Positions 10,771-21,306 of a stretch of DNA of 64,000 nucleotides are shown piece after piece (the first letter of the stretch is position 1; each line of letters starts with the position of its first letter). The stretch comes from an uncultured delta proteobacterium (GTDB lineage Bacteria > Myxococcota > Kuafuiibacteriia > Kuafuiibacteriales > Kuafuiibacteriaceae), in NCBI GenBank assembly GCA_963803435.1, contig CAWDML010000008.1, positions 352,001 to 416,000 of the forward strand, in the 5' to 3' direction. The position numbers and the translations under genes are program-made. The notes below the pieces were generated by a model. The model searched no databases. It was given only the letters and a program-made list of their open reading frames with translations, and had not been told where the DNA came from.

Positions 10771-11632
10771 AGCGCCGCACCACGCTCATCGTCTGCTCCA
10801 CGTAGCCACCGCCGAAGAGGTTCGCGTGGTTAGCCAGGTGGTAGAGCTGATAGAGCGGGTTCCGCGCGCGCCAGCCGGGATCGAGCGGATACGCCTCGTG
10901 ATAGGCGGCGTACACGCGCTCGCCGAACCCGCCGAAGAGCGTCATCATGCCGAGCTCCGCCTCGCGGTGCGCATGATAGGCGGCCGGATCGATGAGCGAG
11001 GGTGCGCCGGCGCCGGTGACGTGGAGGTTTCCGGACCAGAGGTCGCCGTGGATCAGCGCGGGCCCCACCTCGGGACCGAGCAGATCGGGGAGCCGCGCCA
11101 GGAGCCGTTCGAAGAGCCTGATCTCGGGCGCGCCCAGCAACGCCGAGCGCGAGAGCAGGCGGAGCTGATGCCCGAGCCGATGCTCCCGGTAGAAGTCGCT
11201 CCAGCCCTCCGTCCAGGGGTTCGGCTGGAGCGTCGAGCCGCAGTAGGTGTCGCGCTCGAATCCGAACGCGGCGACGCGCGTTCGATGGAGCTCAGCCAGG
11301 CCTCGGCCCAGGCGCTCGTCGAAGTCCTTCACGCGCCGGCCCGGCGTGAACAGCTCGGTGATCAGGAATGCGGGCGACTCCGACCAGGCGACCGGCTCCG
11401 GGATCGCGAGCGAGCTGCGGGCGGCGCGCAGCGCGGTCAGTCCGGCCGCCTCGCTCGCGAAGAGCCCCGGCGGCGCGGCGTCGTTCCACTTGGCGAAGAA
11501 CGGGCCGGCGCTCGTATGCAGCACGGCCGTGTGGTTGATGCATCCGCCGGCGAGAGCCGAGCGGCCGGTGATCTCGACTTGGCGACCGAGCACCCGCGAG
11601 AGCGCGGCTGCCATCGCCGCGTCGCGGTTCAT
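10754..11632 (-). CDS. Fructosamine kinase family protein
   Basis: C-terminal half of ORF 10754..12526. [34 protein letters not shown] at 11632 overlaps the upstream TGA (ATGA). Confidence 0.9.
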   Translation of the reverse strand: MNRDAAMAAALSRVLGRQVEITGRSALAGGCINHTAVLHTSAGPFFAKWNDAAPPGLFASEAAGLTALRAARSSLAIPEPVAWSESPAFLITELFTPGRRVKDFDERLGRGLAELHRTRVAAFGFERDTYCGSTLQPNPWTEGWSDFYREHRLGHQLRLLSRSALLGAPEIRLFERLLARLPDLLGPEVGPALIHGDLWSGNLHVTGAGAPSLIDPAAYHAHREAELGMMTLFGGFGERVYAAYHEAYPLDPGWRARNPLYQLYHLANHANLFGGGYVEQTMSVVRRFTRPS

Positions 11633-12070
11633 TTCATGGCCTCGAGCAGCCGGCGGCAGCCGTCCTCGACGATGTCGAGTACGGTCTCGAAGCCGTCGGG
11701 TCCTCCGTAGTACGGGTCCGGGACGTCGGCGCCGGGAACGAGGAGGGCAATCTTGTCGCGATGCTCCGCGGGACAGAATCTCGAGGAGCTCGGACGCGTT
11801 CGAGCGGTCCATCGCGACGATCCGATCGAAGCGCTCGAAGTCGGAGGGCGCGACCTGGCGGGCGATGCTCTCGAGCCGGTAGCCGCGCTTCTTCGCGGCC
11901 GCGCGCATCCTCGGGTCGGCGCGGTCGCCTGCGTGCCAGCCGCCGGTGCCCGCCGAGTCGATGAAGAGCTGGTCGGCGAGCCCTGCGTCCTCGACCATCG
12001 TCTTGAAGACCGCCTCGGCGGTGGGCGAGCGGCAGATGTTGCCCAGGCAGACGAACAGCACCCGCTTCAC
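11629..12070 (-). CDS. Low molecular weight protein-tyrosine phosphatase (frameshift at ~11778, probably a sequencing error)
   Basis: [16 protein letters not shown] in one frame; [25 protein letters not shown] in the next. Removing one base at GAATC 11776-11780 joins them. Confidence 0.88.
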
Positions 12071-12837
12071 GACTCGCACCCGACCTGGAAGACCGCTCGG
12101 TCCTCCAGCCTGACCGCCGTGAGCTTGCCGCCCCACACGCAGGCCGAATCGAGCGCCACCACGCGGTCCATCATCCGATGACCGAGCGCGGCCCAGTGCG
12201 CGAACACCACCGTCAGCTCGATGGTCCGGCGATCCTTCGCGTCGAACCAAGGGGTCAGCCCGGACGGCGCCTCCTCGGGTGGACCCGCGAAGCCCCAAGC
12301 CGGCCGGCCCTTCTTGTCGACCATTCGCAGGCGCGTCATCACCGCCACCGACTCGGCGTCCTCCGAGTCGCCGTCGTGGATGGTCCGCAGGAACTCCCGC
12401 CAGGACGGGCTCGCCAGGCGCGCCTGCACCTTCTCGGCGCGATGCGAGATCTCGCTCCAGCCCCACGCCGGCAGCAGACCGGCGTGCAGGCAGATCGTGT
12501 CGCCCTCGCGGTGCACCAGCGGGCAATGGCGGAGCCAGTCGACGAGCACGTCGCGGTTGTCGGCCTTGAGCACGCTTCCGAGCGTGTCCCGCTTCTTGCG
12601 GCTGGAGACGCCGGCCACGCGGTTCAACAGGTGGATGTCGTGGTTGCCGAGCACGACCACCATCGAGTCCCGGTGGGCGTACGCGAACTCGAGCACCTCG
12701 AGGGATTTCGGGCCGCGGTTGACGAGATCACCGCAGAGCCAGAGTCGATCGCGGGTCGGATCGAACTTGATCCGGTCGAGGAGCTGCCTGAGCTCGTCGA
12801 AGCATCCCTGGATGTCACCGATCGCGTAGGTGGCCAC
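12067..12837 (-). CDS. apaH: Symmetrical bis(5'-nucleosyl)-tetraphosphatase
   Basis: MATYAIGDIQGC, GDLVNRGPKSLEVL, VLGNHD, HAGL, HWAALG, LDSACVWGGKLTA. Confidence 0.93.
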   Translation of the reverse strand: MATYAIGDIQGCFDELRQLLDRIKFDPTRDRLWLCGDLVNRGPKSLEVLEFAYAHRDSMVVVLGNHDIHLLNRVAGVSSRKKRDTLGSVLKADNRDVLVDWLRHCPLVHREGDTICLHAGLLPAWGWSEISHRAEKVQARLASPSWREFLRTIHDGDSEDAESVAVMTRLRMVDKKGRPAWGFAGPPEEAPSGLTPWFDAKDRRTIELTVVFAHWAALGHRMMDRVVALDSACVWGGKLTAVRLEDRAVFQVGCES

Positions 12838-14736
12838 TCAGATCGCCCGCAGCATCCAGTCGGACACCAGCTTGGAGAACCGCGCCGGATCCGGCGGTTG
12901 AGATCCCTCGGCCAGGAGCGCCTGGCCGAACAATAGATCGGCCGCCTCCTGGACGATCGCGCTCTTCGCGTCCTCCTGAAAGACCTTCTGCAGCTTCTCC
13001 AGGATCGGATGGTCGGGATTGAGCTCGAGGATCCGCTTCACCGTCGGGACCTCCTGGTCGAGCTGCCGCAGCAGCTTCTCCATCCGCGGCGTCAGGTCGC
13101 CCTGATCGCCCACCAGACAGGCGGCCGACGAGGTGAGCCGGGTGGAGAGTCGGACCTCCTTCACGTGGTCCTGGAGGCGCACCCGGATCGCCGTCAGGAG
13201 GTCCTTGAGCTCTCGTTCCTTCTCCTCGGTCTTCTTCTTGTCGTCCTCCGACTCGAGGTCGACCTCGCCCTTGCCGATCGATCGGAAGGGCAGGTCGCGG
13301 TAGCTCGGGTTCTGATCGAGCCAGAGCTCGTCGATCTGGTCGGTGAAGAAGAGGACCTCGTATCCCTTGGCCTCGAACGCCTCGAGGTGCGGCGAGCTCT
13401 GGACGGCCTCGCGCGAGGGACCGGTCAGATAGTAGATGGCCTTCTGATCGCCCTTGATGCGCTCGAGATACTCGCCGAGCGTGGTCGGCACGTCCGACCG
13501 AGACGAGCTCACCAGAAGGGCGTCCATGATCCGCGGGCGCTCCTTGGGATCGCCGGCCAGGAGGCCCTCCTTGAGCACGGGGCCGAGCTCCTTCCAGAAC
13601 GTGAGGTACTTGGGACGATCCTCCTTCAGCATCGTCTCCAGCGTGTCGTGCACCTTCTTGACCAGCTGCTTGCGGATGACCTGGATGTGGCGGTCCTTCT
13701 GGAGGATCTCGCGCGAGACGTTGAGCGAGAGATCGTGGGCGTCGACCACCCCGCGCACGAAGCGCAGGTAGGTCGGCATCACCTCCTTGCACTCGTCCAT
13801 GATGAAGACGCGCTTCACGTAGAGCTGGATCCCGCGCTTCATCTCGGGGTGGTACAGATCGAAGGGCGCCTTCGCGGGGATGAACAGCAGCGCCTGGGCT
13901 TCGAACGTGCCCTCCATCTTGATCGGGATGTTGACGAGCGGCGCGCTCCAGTCGTGGGAGATGTGCTTGTAGAACTCCTCGTACTCCTCGGCCGTGACCT
14001 CGCCCTTCGGTCGGGTCCAGATCGCCTTCTGCGAGTTGAGCTTCTCCTCCTCGAGGACCTTGGCACCCGACTCCCCCTGATCGCGCCAGACCTTCATCTT
14101 GATCGGATAGGCGACGAAATCGGAGTAGCGCTTCACGATGTCCTCGAGGACGAAGCGGTCGGTGTAGTCGTGGAGCCCGTTGTCGTCGTCCTTCGGCTTG
14201 AGGTGGAGTGTGACCGTGGTGCCGTGCTCGTGACGCTCGGCCTCCTCCAGCTCGTAGCCGCCGTCGCCGACGGACTCCCAGCGCGTCGCGTGAGCCTCAC
14301 CGGCGCGGCGGGTCACCACCGTCACCTTGTCCGCGACCATGAAGCTCGAATAGAAGCCGACCCCGAACTGGCCGATCAGCTCGGGCGGGAGCTCCGCCTT
14401 GCCCGTCTGCTCGAGGGCCGCCAGATACTCCTTGGTGCCGGAGCGGGCGATCGTCCCCAGGTTTGTCACCACCTCGTCGCGGCTCATCCCGATCCCGTTG
14501 TCGACGATCGACACGCTCCGCTGCTCCCGATCGGGCTCGATGTAGATGGAGAGCTCGCGCTCCGTGCGCAGGGCTTCGTTCGTGATCTGCTCGAAGCGAA
14601 GCCGGTCGAGCGCATCCGATGCGTTCGAGACGAGCTCGCGGAGGAAGATGTCCTTGTTCGAGTAGAGAGAATGGACCATCAGGTCCAAGAGCTGTTTGAC
14701 TTCGGCCTGAAACTCGCGACGTTCGTGCGCGCTCAC
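12838..14736 (-). CDS. htpG: Molecular chaperone HtpG (Hsp90)
   Basis: FQAEVKQLLDLMVHSLYSNKDIFLRELVSNASDA, IGQFGVGFYS, LNVSREILQ; likely GTG start at 14736. Confidence 0.97.
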   Translation of the reverse strand: MSAHERREFQAEVKQLLDLMVHSLYSNKDIFLRELVSNASDALDRLRFEQITNEALRTERELSIYIEPDREQRSVSIVDNGIGMSRDEVVTNLGTIARSGTKEYLAALEQTGKAELPPELIGQFGVGFYSSFMVADKVTVVTRRAGEAHATRWESVGDGGYELEEAERHEHGTTVTLHLKPKDDDNGLHDYTDRFVLEDIVKRYSDFVAYPIKMKVWRDQGESGAKVLEEEKLNSQKAIWTRPKGEVTAEEYEEFYKHISHDWSAPLVNIPIKMEGTFEAQALLFIPAKAPFDLYHPEMKRGIQLYVKRVFIMDECKEVMPTYLRFVRGVVDAHDLSLNVSREILQKDRHIQVIRKQLVKKVHDTLETMLKEDRPKYLTFWKELGPVLKEGLLAGDPKERPRIMDALLVSSSRSDVPTTLGEYLERIKGDQKAIYYLTGPSREAVQSSPHLEAFEAKGYEVLFFTDQIDELWLDQNPSYRDLPFRSIGKGEVDLESEDDKKKTEEKERELKDLLTAIRVRLQDHVKEVRLSTRLTSSAACLVGDQGDLTPRMEKLLRQLDQEVPTVKRILELNPDHPILEKLQKVFQEDAKSAIVQEAADLLFGQALLAEGSQPPDPARFSKLVSDWMLRAI

Positions 14737-14790
14737 GATGCTCTCCTTCAGCGCCGTTGATCGGTGCACGGAGGCCCGGCCGTCAAGCGC

Positions 14791-16023
14791 TTACCTTCGT
14801 CCTTCGGCGCGGGCCTTCATCGCATGCATGGCGACCGTGGTCGACGCGATGACGATGCCGTGCTCGAACAGCGGCTGCTTCTCGACAATCATCCGGGTGA
14901 CCCAGGAGGACTCGCGAACGTCGCTGTAGGCGTAGTGCACGGGGATGGTGAACCCCGCAGGCCCGGGCTTGAACTCCCAGCGCCAGCGCCCCCGCTTGAT
15001 GTCCCCCTCCACGGCCACCACGTCGACGCTGCCGTCCTTCTCGATGGTCATCATCGAGGTCCCGGTCAGGTTGACCATCGGGACCTCCAGCTCCCACTCC
15101 ATCTTGAGCTTGCCGTCCGGCTGGGGCGTGACCTTCTGCTCCGCGAAGTTGGGGATGAACTCGGGGTATCGGGCGGGGTCCTGGACGATCTTCTCGATCT
15201 TCTCCGCGGAGGCTTTGACTTCGTCGAGCAGCGCCACCTGCTTGAGCGTGCCGTCGTCGTAGGACTCGATCAGCGCCAGCTGTCCGTGCCGGATCAGGCG
15301 CTCGAGCTTGTCGAGATCGATCCCGCCGGCATCGAGCTGGATCTCGGAGAAGGGCGGCACCGCTCCGGTGTGCGGCTTGTACGTCGGCACCGGGGCCGAC
15401 TCGACGTAGCGCTTGAGCTGGCGCAGATGCACGAAGCCGGTGGCGAGGTTCGCGCCCTGCTCCATGGAGGGCTCGAGATCGATCATCGTCTTGAGCAGCA
15501 CCCCGCCGGTGTCGGTGTCGAGGGCCCGGTAGAACGCGACCAGCGTGCGCTTGCCGCCGTCCACCGGGAAGAGCTCCCAGGCCTCGTGCGAGCCCGCCAG
15601 ATGGCCGCTGACGCCCCGGACCTCGACGAAGCGCGGCCGGGTGCCCCGCTGCATCCGGCGGCCCTCGAGGTTGAAGAAGGGGATGTCGATCTCCCAGTCG
15701 AACAGAACCTGTGAACCGGCGTGCTTCACGATGTCGATTCGGGTCACCGTGTCGATGAACTTCGGGTACGACGCGACGTCCATGATCACGTCCCACACCC
15801 GCTCCGCAGGGGCGTTCAACACCGAGAACATCACGATCTGGCGGCACTGGCCGCCCGGCGTCGACTCGATCAGGGCCAGCTCGCGGTGCTCCGCGAGGCG
15901 GGTCAGGGTCGGCACGTCGAAGTCGGATCGCCGGGTCTGGACCGTCATCCGCTTCGCCTCCGCGGCGCCGCCCGTGAACAGGAGCAGGGCGAGCACCGAG
16001 AGCGGGGCCGGGCGGATGGGCAT
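14791..16023 (-). CDS. Exported protein with tandem SRPBCC/START (polyketide cyclase-like) domains
   Basis: Signal peptide, then two repeats (APAERVWDVIMDVASYPKF and ASAEKIEKIVQDPARYPEF). Confidence 0.75.
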   Translation of the reverse strand: MPIRPAPLSVLALLLFTGGAAEAKRMTVQTRRSDFDVPTLTRLAEHRELALIESTPGGQCRQIVMFSVLNAPAERVWDVIMDVASYPKFIDTVTRIDIVKHAGSQVLFDWEIDIPFFNLEGRRMQRGTRPRFVEVRGVSGHLAGSHEAWELFPVDGGKRTLVAFYRALDTDTGGVLLKTMIDLEPSMEQGANLATGFVHLRQLKRYVESAPVPTYKPHTGAVPPFSEIQLDAGGIDLDKLERLIRHGQLALIESYDDGTLKQVALLDEVKASAEKIEKIVQDPARYPEFIPNFAEQKVTPQPDGKLKMEWELEVPMVNLTGTSMMTIEKDGSVDVVAVEGDIKRGRWRWEFKPGPAGFTIPVHYAYSDVRESSWVTRMIVEKQPLFEHGIVIASTTVAMHAMKARAEGRR

Positions 16024-16093
16024 GGAGGGGGGATTCTGGAAGAGCCCGCATGGACCCGTCCATCGGAAACATTCATAGTCCGGCCCGCGCGCC

Positions 16094-17296
16094 ATGAGTC
16101 GGTCCCCGCGGCGCATCGGCCGGTACACCATCCTGAGAGCCCTCCCTGCGGGCGGTATGGCGGAGGTCTACGTCGCCGTTCGGGACGGCCGTCCGGCGCC
16201 CTGCGTCCTCAAACGCATGCGGATGGGCGTCGGCAACATTCAGGTCATCGCGAAGCGTTTCATCCGGGAGGCGCAGGTGGCGTCGCTGCTCGACCACCCG
16301 CACATCGCGAAGGTCTTCGAAGCGAGCGTCGAAGAGGGTGCGCTCTGCATGGCCATCGAGCTGATCCGCGGTCACGACCTGGCCGCGATCATGTACGAGC
16401 TGTCGCGCCGTGGCGTGCGGGTGCCGTTCGGGATCGGGATCGCGATCGTGCTGCGGGTGCTCGACGCGCTCTACTACGCCCACAGCTTCACGGATGAGCA
16501 CGGGCGCAGCCTCGAGATCGTCCACCGCGACGTCGGCCCGCGCAACGTGATGCTCGGCTACGACGGCTCGGTGAAGATCATCGACTTCGGCCTGGCCAAG
16601 GCGGGCTTCGGCCACGCGCTGACCGCGTCGGGAGTGCTGCTCGGGACTCCGCGTTACATGGCGCCCGAGCAGGCCCGAGGGGAGGAGGTCGACGCGCGCG
16701 CCGACGTCTACGCCGTCGCGGTGACGCTCTACGAGCTGCTGACGGGCCGCGCCGTCGTCGCCGACACGGAGCCGATGGAGGCGCTCAAGACCGTCCTCGA
16801 GAGCAAGGTCAAGCCGCTCGTCCAGGTGGAGCCGCGGGCGCCCAAGGATCTGACGCCGGTCCTCGAGCGGGCGCTCGCCAAGGATCGGCGCCGGCGCCAC
16901 CTCACGGCCCGCGAGCTGCGCGACGAGATCATCCGCGGCGCGCGCGAGGTTCGAATCGCCGGCGAGCCCGAGCTGGCTGCCTTCATGAGCGAGCACTTCC
17001 CGGATCCCGAGCGCGGGTCGCTCCCCGAGAAGATCGTGCCGATTCCCGCCGCCCACTCCGACGCCGAGACCGTCGTGCACAGCGCCGCCGCCGATCCCGA
17101 TCCATCCCCGAGCGGCGAGACCGTCACCGCGCAGAAGCCACCCCGGCACCGCTCGATCGATCTCTCGATCCCTCCCCCGCGCCCGCGGGCCCGCGCCGAC
17201 CGCTCGAACGTGTGGCGCGCGCTGGCCTACGTCCTGGCGGTGGTGGCGATCGTGATGATGGGGATCGTCGCGTACCTGATCGAGGTCGGATCGTGA
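16094..17296 (+). CDS. Ser/Thr protein kinase with C-terminal TM helix
   Basis: GGMAEVY, VLK, HRDVGPRN, DFG, GTPRYMAPE. Confidence 0.93.
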   Translation: MSRSPRRIGRYTILRALPAGGMAEVYVAVRDGRPAPCVLKRMRMGVGNIQVIAKRFIREAQVASLLDHPHIAKVFEASVEEGALCMAIELIRGHDLAAIMYELSRRGVRVPFGIGIAIVLRVLDALYYAHSFTDEHGRSLEIVHRDVGPRNVMLGYDGSVKIIDFGLAKAGFGHALTASGVLLGTPRYMAPEQARGEEVDARADVYAVAVTLYELLTGRAVVADTEPMEALKTVLESKVKPLVQVEPRAPKDLTPVLERALAKDRRRRHLTARELRDEIIRGAREVRIAGEPELAAFMSEHFPDPERGSLPEKIVPIPAAHSDAETVVHSAAADPDPSPSGETVTAQKPPRHRSIDLSIPPPRPRARADRSNVWRALAYVLAVVAIVMMGIVAYLIEVGS

Positions 17297-17309
17297 GGGC
17301 GGAGCCGCG

Positions 17310-18053
17310 TCAGAACGTGACGGTCAAGGCGGTCACGCCGAACAACACACCCGCCGCGCCGAACGAGGCGAGGGCGGCCTTGTGCTCGGCGCCGGCCGTC
17401 CCGTAGAGGTCGGCGGCGTGATCTTTGTCGGGCTGGTCGAGCGCCCTTTTCCCGGTGACGCCCGAGATGATCAGCAGCGTCGTCCCTGCGATCAGCGCGG
17501 CCAGCCCGGCGCCGCCCGCGATCCATCCTGCGACCGGCAGGCCCGTGCTCACCGGCGCCGGCACGGTCTCGACGGTCCCGATCGTCTCCTCGTCGTTCGC
17601 TGGTTGATCGACGTCCCACTCGTGGTTCGAGACGGCGCCGTCGCCCTCGACCGGCTCGAGGACCTCGGGATGGAGCGATCGCGTGCTCCGCCTCTTCTCG
17701 CGTCGGGTCTTCGCGTCTCTCGGAGGCGCGACCTCGCGGAGGACCTGGTCGAAGGCCTCCTGGGTGGCGCGGGGCGTCCCGCGGGGCGGGCGGATCTGGG
17801 GCCAGAGCTCGAGCGCGTGGCGAAACGAAGCATCGGCGTCGCGCGCGTTGCCGGTGCGATGCTGGATCAAACCGATGTACAGCCGCGCGGTCGCCCGCTG
17901 CTTCGTGCCGCCCGCGTCGAGCGCCTCGAGGAGCAGCGGGAGCGAGCCCTTGAGGTCGCCCGCGTGATACAGCTCGATGCCAGCGGTCAGCTTGGGCGGT
18001 GCCTCCGGCGCGGCGACCAAAACGGCGACGATCAAGGGCACGAGCGCGGGCAT
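17310..18053 (-). CDS. Hypothetical exported/membrane protein with a TPR-like N-terminus and two C-terminal hydrophobic segments
   Basis: Signal peptide, TPR-like helices, hydrophobic C-terminus; architecture common in myxobacteria. Confidence 0.65.
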   Translation of the reverse strand: MPALVPLIVAVLVAAPEAPPKLTAGIELYHAGDLKGSLPLLLEALDAGGTKQRATARLYIGLIQHRTGNARDADASFRHALELWPQIRPPRGTPRATQEAFDQVLREVAPPRDAKTRREKRRSTRSLHPEVLEPVEGDGAVSNHEWDVDQPANDEETIGTVETVPAPVSTGLPVAGWIAGGAGLAALIAGTTLLIISGVTGKRALDQPDKDHAADLYGTAGAEHKAALASFGAAGVLFGVTALTVTF

Positions 18054-18091
18054 CGCGCGAAGTATACCACCCTGCATGGTAGAGTCCCTCG

Positions 18092-19531
18092 GTGGTCCGC
18101 GGGCCCGATGACGAGTCCCTCGACGATCTCACCCGCACGCTGGCGCGCCCTGTCGTCCCCGTGCGGCTCAACGCCGCAGGAGATCGAGGATATGTCGGCC
18201 GCTTCGAGGTCCGCGGAATCCTCGGCCGAGGTGGCATGGGGATCGTCTACGACGCGATCGACACCGAGAGCCGGGCCGCCTGCGCGCTCAAGATGATCGG
18301 CCTCCGCTTCCTGCAGCTCGACGATCTCCAGGCAGCGGAGCGGTTCGTTCACGAGATCAAGGTCCTGGAGCAGCTCTCACACCCGGGCGTGGTCCGCTTC
18401 CGGGAGTATGGACTCGCGGACACAGGCGAGGCCGAGCACAGCGCGTTCTTCGTGATGGAGCGCCTGCGCGGCCGCACGATCGGACAGGCGTTGCACGAGG
18501 GCCGCCGATTCACGCTGGACGAGTCGCTCCGTCTCACGGGCGCCGTGTCCGAGGCGCTCGCGTACCTCGACGCCAAGAAGGTCCTGCACCGCGACATCAA
18601 GCCGGGCAACGTGTTCATGGACGAGACCGGTCGTGTGGTCCTCATGGACTTCGGGCTCGCGCGCTCCGAGCACTTCACGAAGCTGACGCGCGCCGGGCAC
18701 ATCGTGGGGACCGTCTTCTACATGTCTCCGGAGCGTCTGAAGGGCGAGGCCTCGGACATCCGCTCCGACGTGTTCGCGCTGGGCGTGGTCCTCTACGAGA
18801 TGTTGATCGGACGGCGCCCGCACACGGAGGAGGATCCGACCAGCCTGCTCCGCGCGATCCGTCGCGGCATCTCCTGGCCCTCCGAGTCCGGCAAGAACCC
18901 GGGCGAGCGCGCAGCGCGTGAGCTGATCGATGCGATGTGTGCGCCCGAAGCAGAGCAGCGCCCGACCCCGCAAAAGATCGCGGAGCGCTGCCGATCGATC
19001 GTCGAGTCGATCGCGCTCGTGCCCACGAGCTCCAACGACCCGACGCTTCCGAGCTTCAGCGTGCAGCCACAGATGCCGCCGCCGGTGATCATCCGGCCGG
19101 GCCCGACCTGGACCACCAGCCTGCTCATCACGATCACGTTCTCGCTCCTGACCTTCCTGGGCGGCCTGCTGCTCGGCACCAACCGCTCGCACCGCACCGT
19201 CGCGATCTCGAGGCACCCCATCCCGGAGGCTTCGAGCAAGGAGGTAGTGGTCGAGCCGCACCCGAAGCTCGAGTTCTCCTCGGCGGAGGAGGCCTACCGC
19301 TACGGAGACGAGCGCCTGAAGGCGGGCGATCACACCGCCTCGATCCAGGCGCTCGAGCAGGCGCTCAATCTCAACCCAGCCTACGCCGACGCCTACCGGC
19401 GCCTCGGAGATGCCTGCCTCTCGGCAGGTCAGATCGACAAGGCGCGGGAGGCCTACGAGCGCTACCGAAAGCTGCGCCCCGACGCGCCCGACGCGGCGGC
19501 GATCGAGAAGCTGTTGCAGAGCTTCGAGTAG
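18092..19531 (+). CDS. Ser/Thr protein kinase with TM helix and TPR
   Basis: LGRGGMGIVY, ALK, HRDIKPGN, DFG, YMSPE; TM segment; C-terminal TPR. Confidence 0.93.
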   Translation: MVRGPDDESLDDLTRTLARPVVPVRLNAAGDRGYVGRFEVRGILGRGGMGIVYDAIDTESRAACALKMIGLRFLQLDDLQAAERFVHEIKVLEQLSHPGVVRFREYGLADTGEAEHSAFFVMERLRGRTIGQALHEGRRFTLDESLRLTGAVSEALAYLDAKKVLHRDIKPGNVFMDETGRVVLMDFGLARSEHFTKLTRAGHIVGTVFYMSPERLKGEASDIRSDVFALGVVLYEMLIGRRPHTEEDPTSLLRAIRRGISWPSESGKNPGERAARELIDAMCAPEAEQRPTPQKIAERCRSIVESIALVPTSSNDPTLPSFSVQPQMPPPVIIRPGPTWTTSLLITITFSLLTFLGGLLLGTNRSHRTVAISRHPIPEASSKEVVVEPHPKLEFSSAEEAYRYGDERLKAGDHTASIQALEQALNLNPAYADAYRRLGDACLSAGQIDKAREAYERYRKLRPDAPDAAAIEKLLQSFE

Positions 19532-19549
19532 TGGAAGAATGGCGTCGCT

Positions 19550-21304
19550 TTGTCGGACGCACCGTCAGGCCTCGTGCTCAACGGCGTCGATCTCGCCGAT
19601 CCCAACGCTCCGCTCCCCGACCGCGTAGGTACGTTCCGGCTCCACGATCGGCTCGGATCGTCCAAGGGCGGCGTGGTGCTCGACGCCACCACGGAGAAGG
19701 GCGTGCGGGTGGCGATGAAGCTGGCGCGTCCCCCGCTCGAGGCGGCCGAGCGAAAGGAGGAGACGTCGCGCCTGCTCCGCGAGCTGTCCATCCTGAAGGC
19801 GCTCCATCACCCGGGGATCGTCCGGCTGGCCGACGCCGGTCTGGTCGGCGGTCTCCTCTACATGGCGGTCGAGCGGGTCGAAGGCGTGACCCTCCGGGCG
19901 TTGATCGGCGACGCGATCGCGGACTTCGACGTGGCGGCCGCGATCGGTCTCCAGGTGGGGAGCACCGTCGCGTACCTGCACACGGTCGGCGTCCTCCAGC
20001 GCGAGATCACGCCCGACGTGATCATCGCGCAAGGGAACGGACGGCTCCTCCTGGCGGACTTCGGCTTCTCCACGTTCGTCGGCGCGCCCGCCATCACCGA
20101 GCCGGGTCCGCCCCGGGGCACGCTCGGATACGTGGCGCCGGAGCTCTTCGACACCGGCAAGGCCACGCCGGCGTCCGACCAATACGCGCTGGGCCGGCTG
20201 CTGTACGAGCTCTGCTCGCCGGCGGAGCGCTCGTCGATCCGGGCTGATCAGGCGACACCCGCGGAGCGCCAGGCTGCAGGTTGGGTCGACTGGGCCAGCT
20301 TCCCCACCGGCGCCTATCACCGGTCCCTCAAGCCGGTCCTCGAGGGGATGCTTCGGGTCGAGCCGCAGCAGCGCTATCCGGACGTGTACACGGCGGTCGC
20401 CGCGATCGCGACCCTGGCGGCGTTCAAGGGCCGCGCCGGTGCGGCGACCGGGACCCGCTCGACCAGCGGCGCCCACGCGCTCGCCGCGTTCGTGGATCAC
20501 GTGCAGCGGATCGGCGACGACGACGAGACCAGCGGTCTCCTGCGCAGGACCATCTCGGACTCGTTCTCGGACGTGGGCGCGCCCTTGTACGCGACCTCGT
20601 ACCTCTTGATCGAGCCCGAGCGGCTCGACCGCGCCGAGGTCCTGCGGAAGATCTGTTCGCAGGCGGAGCGCCTGTTCGCGGAGCGGGACGCCAGTCGACT
20701 CGCCGATCAGCTGCGGGACGACGCCCGCATCTTCTGGGAGGATCGCGCCAAGAACGCCGACTGGAGCGACGACGTCACCCCGCTGGATCCGGACCCCGAT
20801 GCCGCCACCGCCCCCGGCGGTGACTCGGACACCCTTTTCGATGCGCACCCTGGCGACCTGATCTCCGGCGAGACGCCCGAGGAGGCCGGTGCGCGTACGC
20901 TCCGCGAGGACGGTTTCCGCTCGGACGAGGGGATGACGCCGCCGCCCCGGGCGTCCGACAACCTCATCCCGCCGGACGCGCATCCGTACCAGAGCGATCC
21001 GCCCAACTTTCTGCCGGTGCCGAGCTCGTCGTCGTCGCCCTCGGAGACCATCGAAGAGGTCGAAGAGCAGATGCACGCGGACACGATCACCGAGGACCGC
21101 GATCTGGTGATCCCGCAAGACGGAATGCCGCCGCCCGATCCCGCGAACATGCCGGCGCGCTCGCCCTCGGTGTATGCGGTGGAGGTGCTGGAGCCGAAGC
21201 CGGCGTCGCCGGCGGGAGGCAAGCTGAATCTCGCCCAGATCCTGGTGGCCGCCGCCCTCCTGCTGGTCGGCCTGCTGATCGGCTTCTTCCTCGGTCGAGG
21301 TTGA
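19550..21304 (+). CDS. Ser/Thr kinase-like protein, probable pseudokinase, with C-terminal TM helix
   Basis: VAMK, DFG and YVAPE are present, but the catalytic loop is QREITPDV instead of HRDxKPxN. Confidence 0.8.
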   Translation: MSDAPSGLVLNGVDLADPNAPLPDRVGTFRLHDRLGSSKGGVVLDATTEKGVRVAMKLARPPLEAAERKEETSRLLRELSILKALHHPGIVRLADAGLVGGLLYMAVERVEGVTLRALIGDAIADFDVAAAIGLQVGSTVAYLHTVGVLQREITPDVIIAQGNGRLLLADFGFSTFVGAPAITEPGPPRGTLGYVAPELFDTGKATPASDQYALGRLLYELCSPAERSSIRADQATPAERQAAGWVDWASFPTGAYHRSLKPVLEGMLRVEPQQRYPDVYTAVAAIATLAAFKGRAGAATGTRSTSGAHALAAFVDHVQRIGDDDETSGLLRRTISDSFSDVGAPLYATSYLLIEPERLDRAEVLRKICSQAERLFAERDASRLADQLRDDARIFWEDRAKNADWSDDVTPLDPDPDAATAPGGDSDTLFDAHPGDLISGETPEEAGARTLREDGFRSDEGMTPPPRASDNLIPPDAHPYQSDPPNFLPVPSSSSSPSETIEEVEEQMHADTITEDRDLVIPQDGMPPPDPANMPARSPSVYAVEVLEPKPASPAGGKLNLAQILVAAALLLVGLLIGFFLGRG

Positions 21305-21306
21305 GG

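Noticed and set aside
10754-12526. 590-aa ORF that looks like a phosphatase-fructosamine kinase fusion
   Set aside because: It is an artefact of a 1-nt frameshift. The PTP C-terminus (DPYYG) is in another frame and has its own stop overlapping the kinase ATG.
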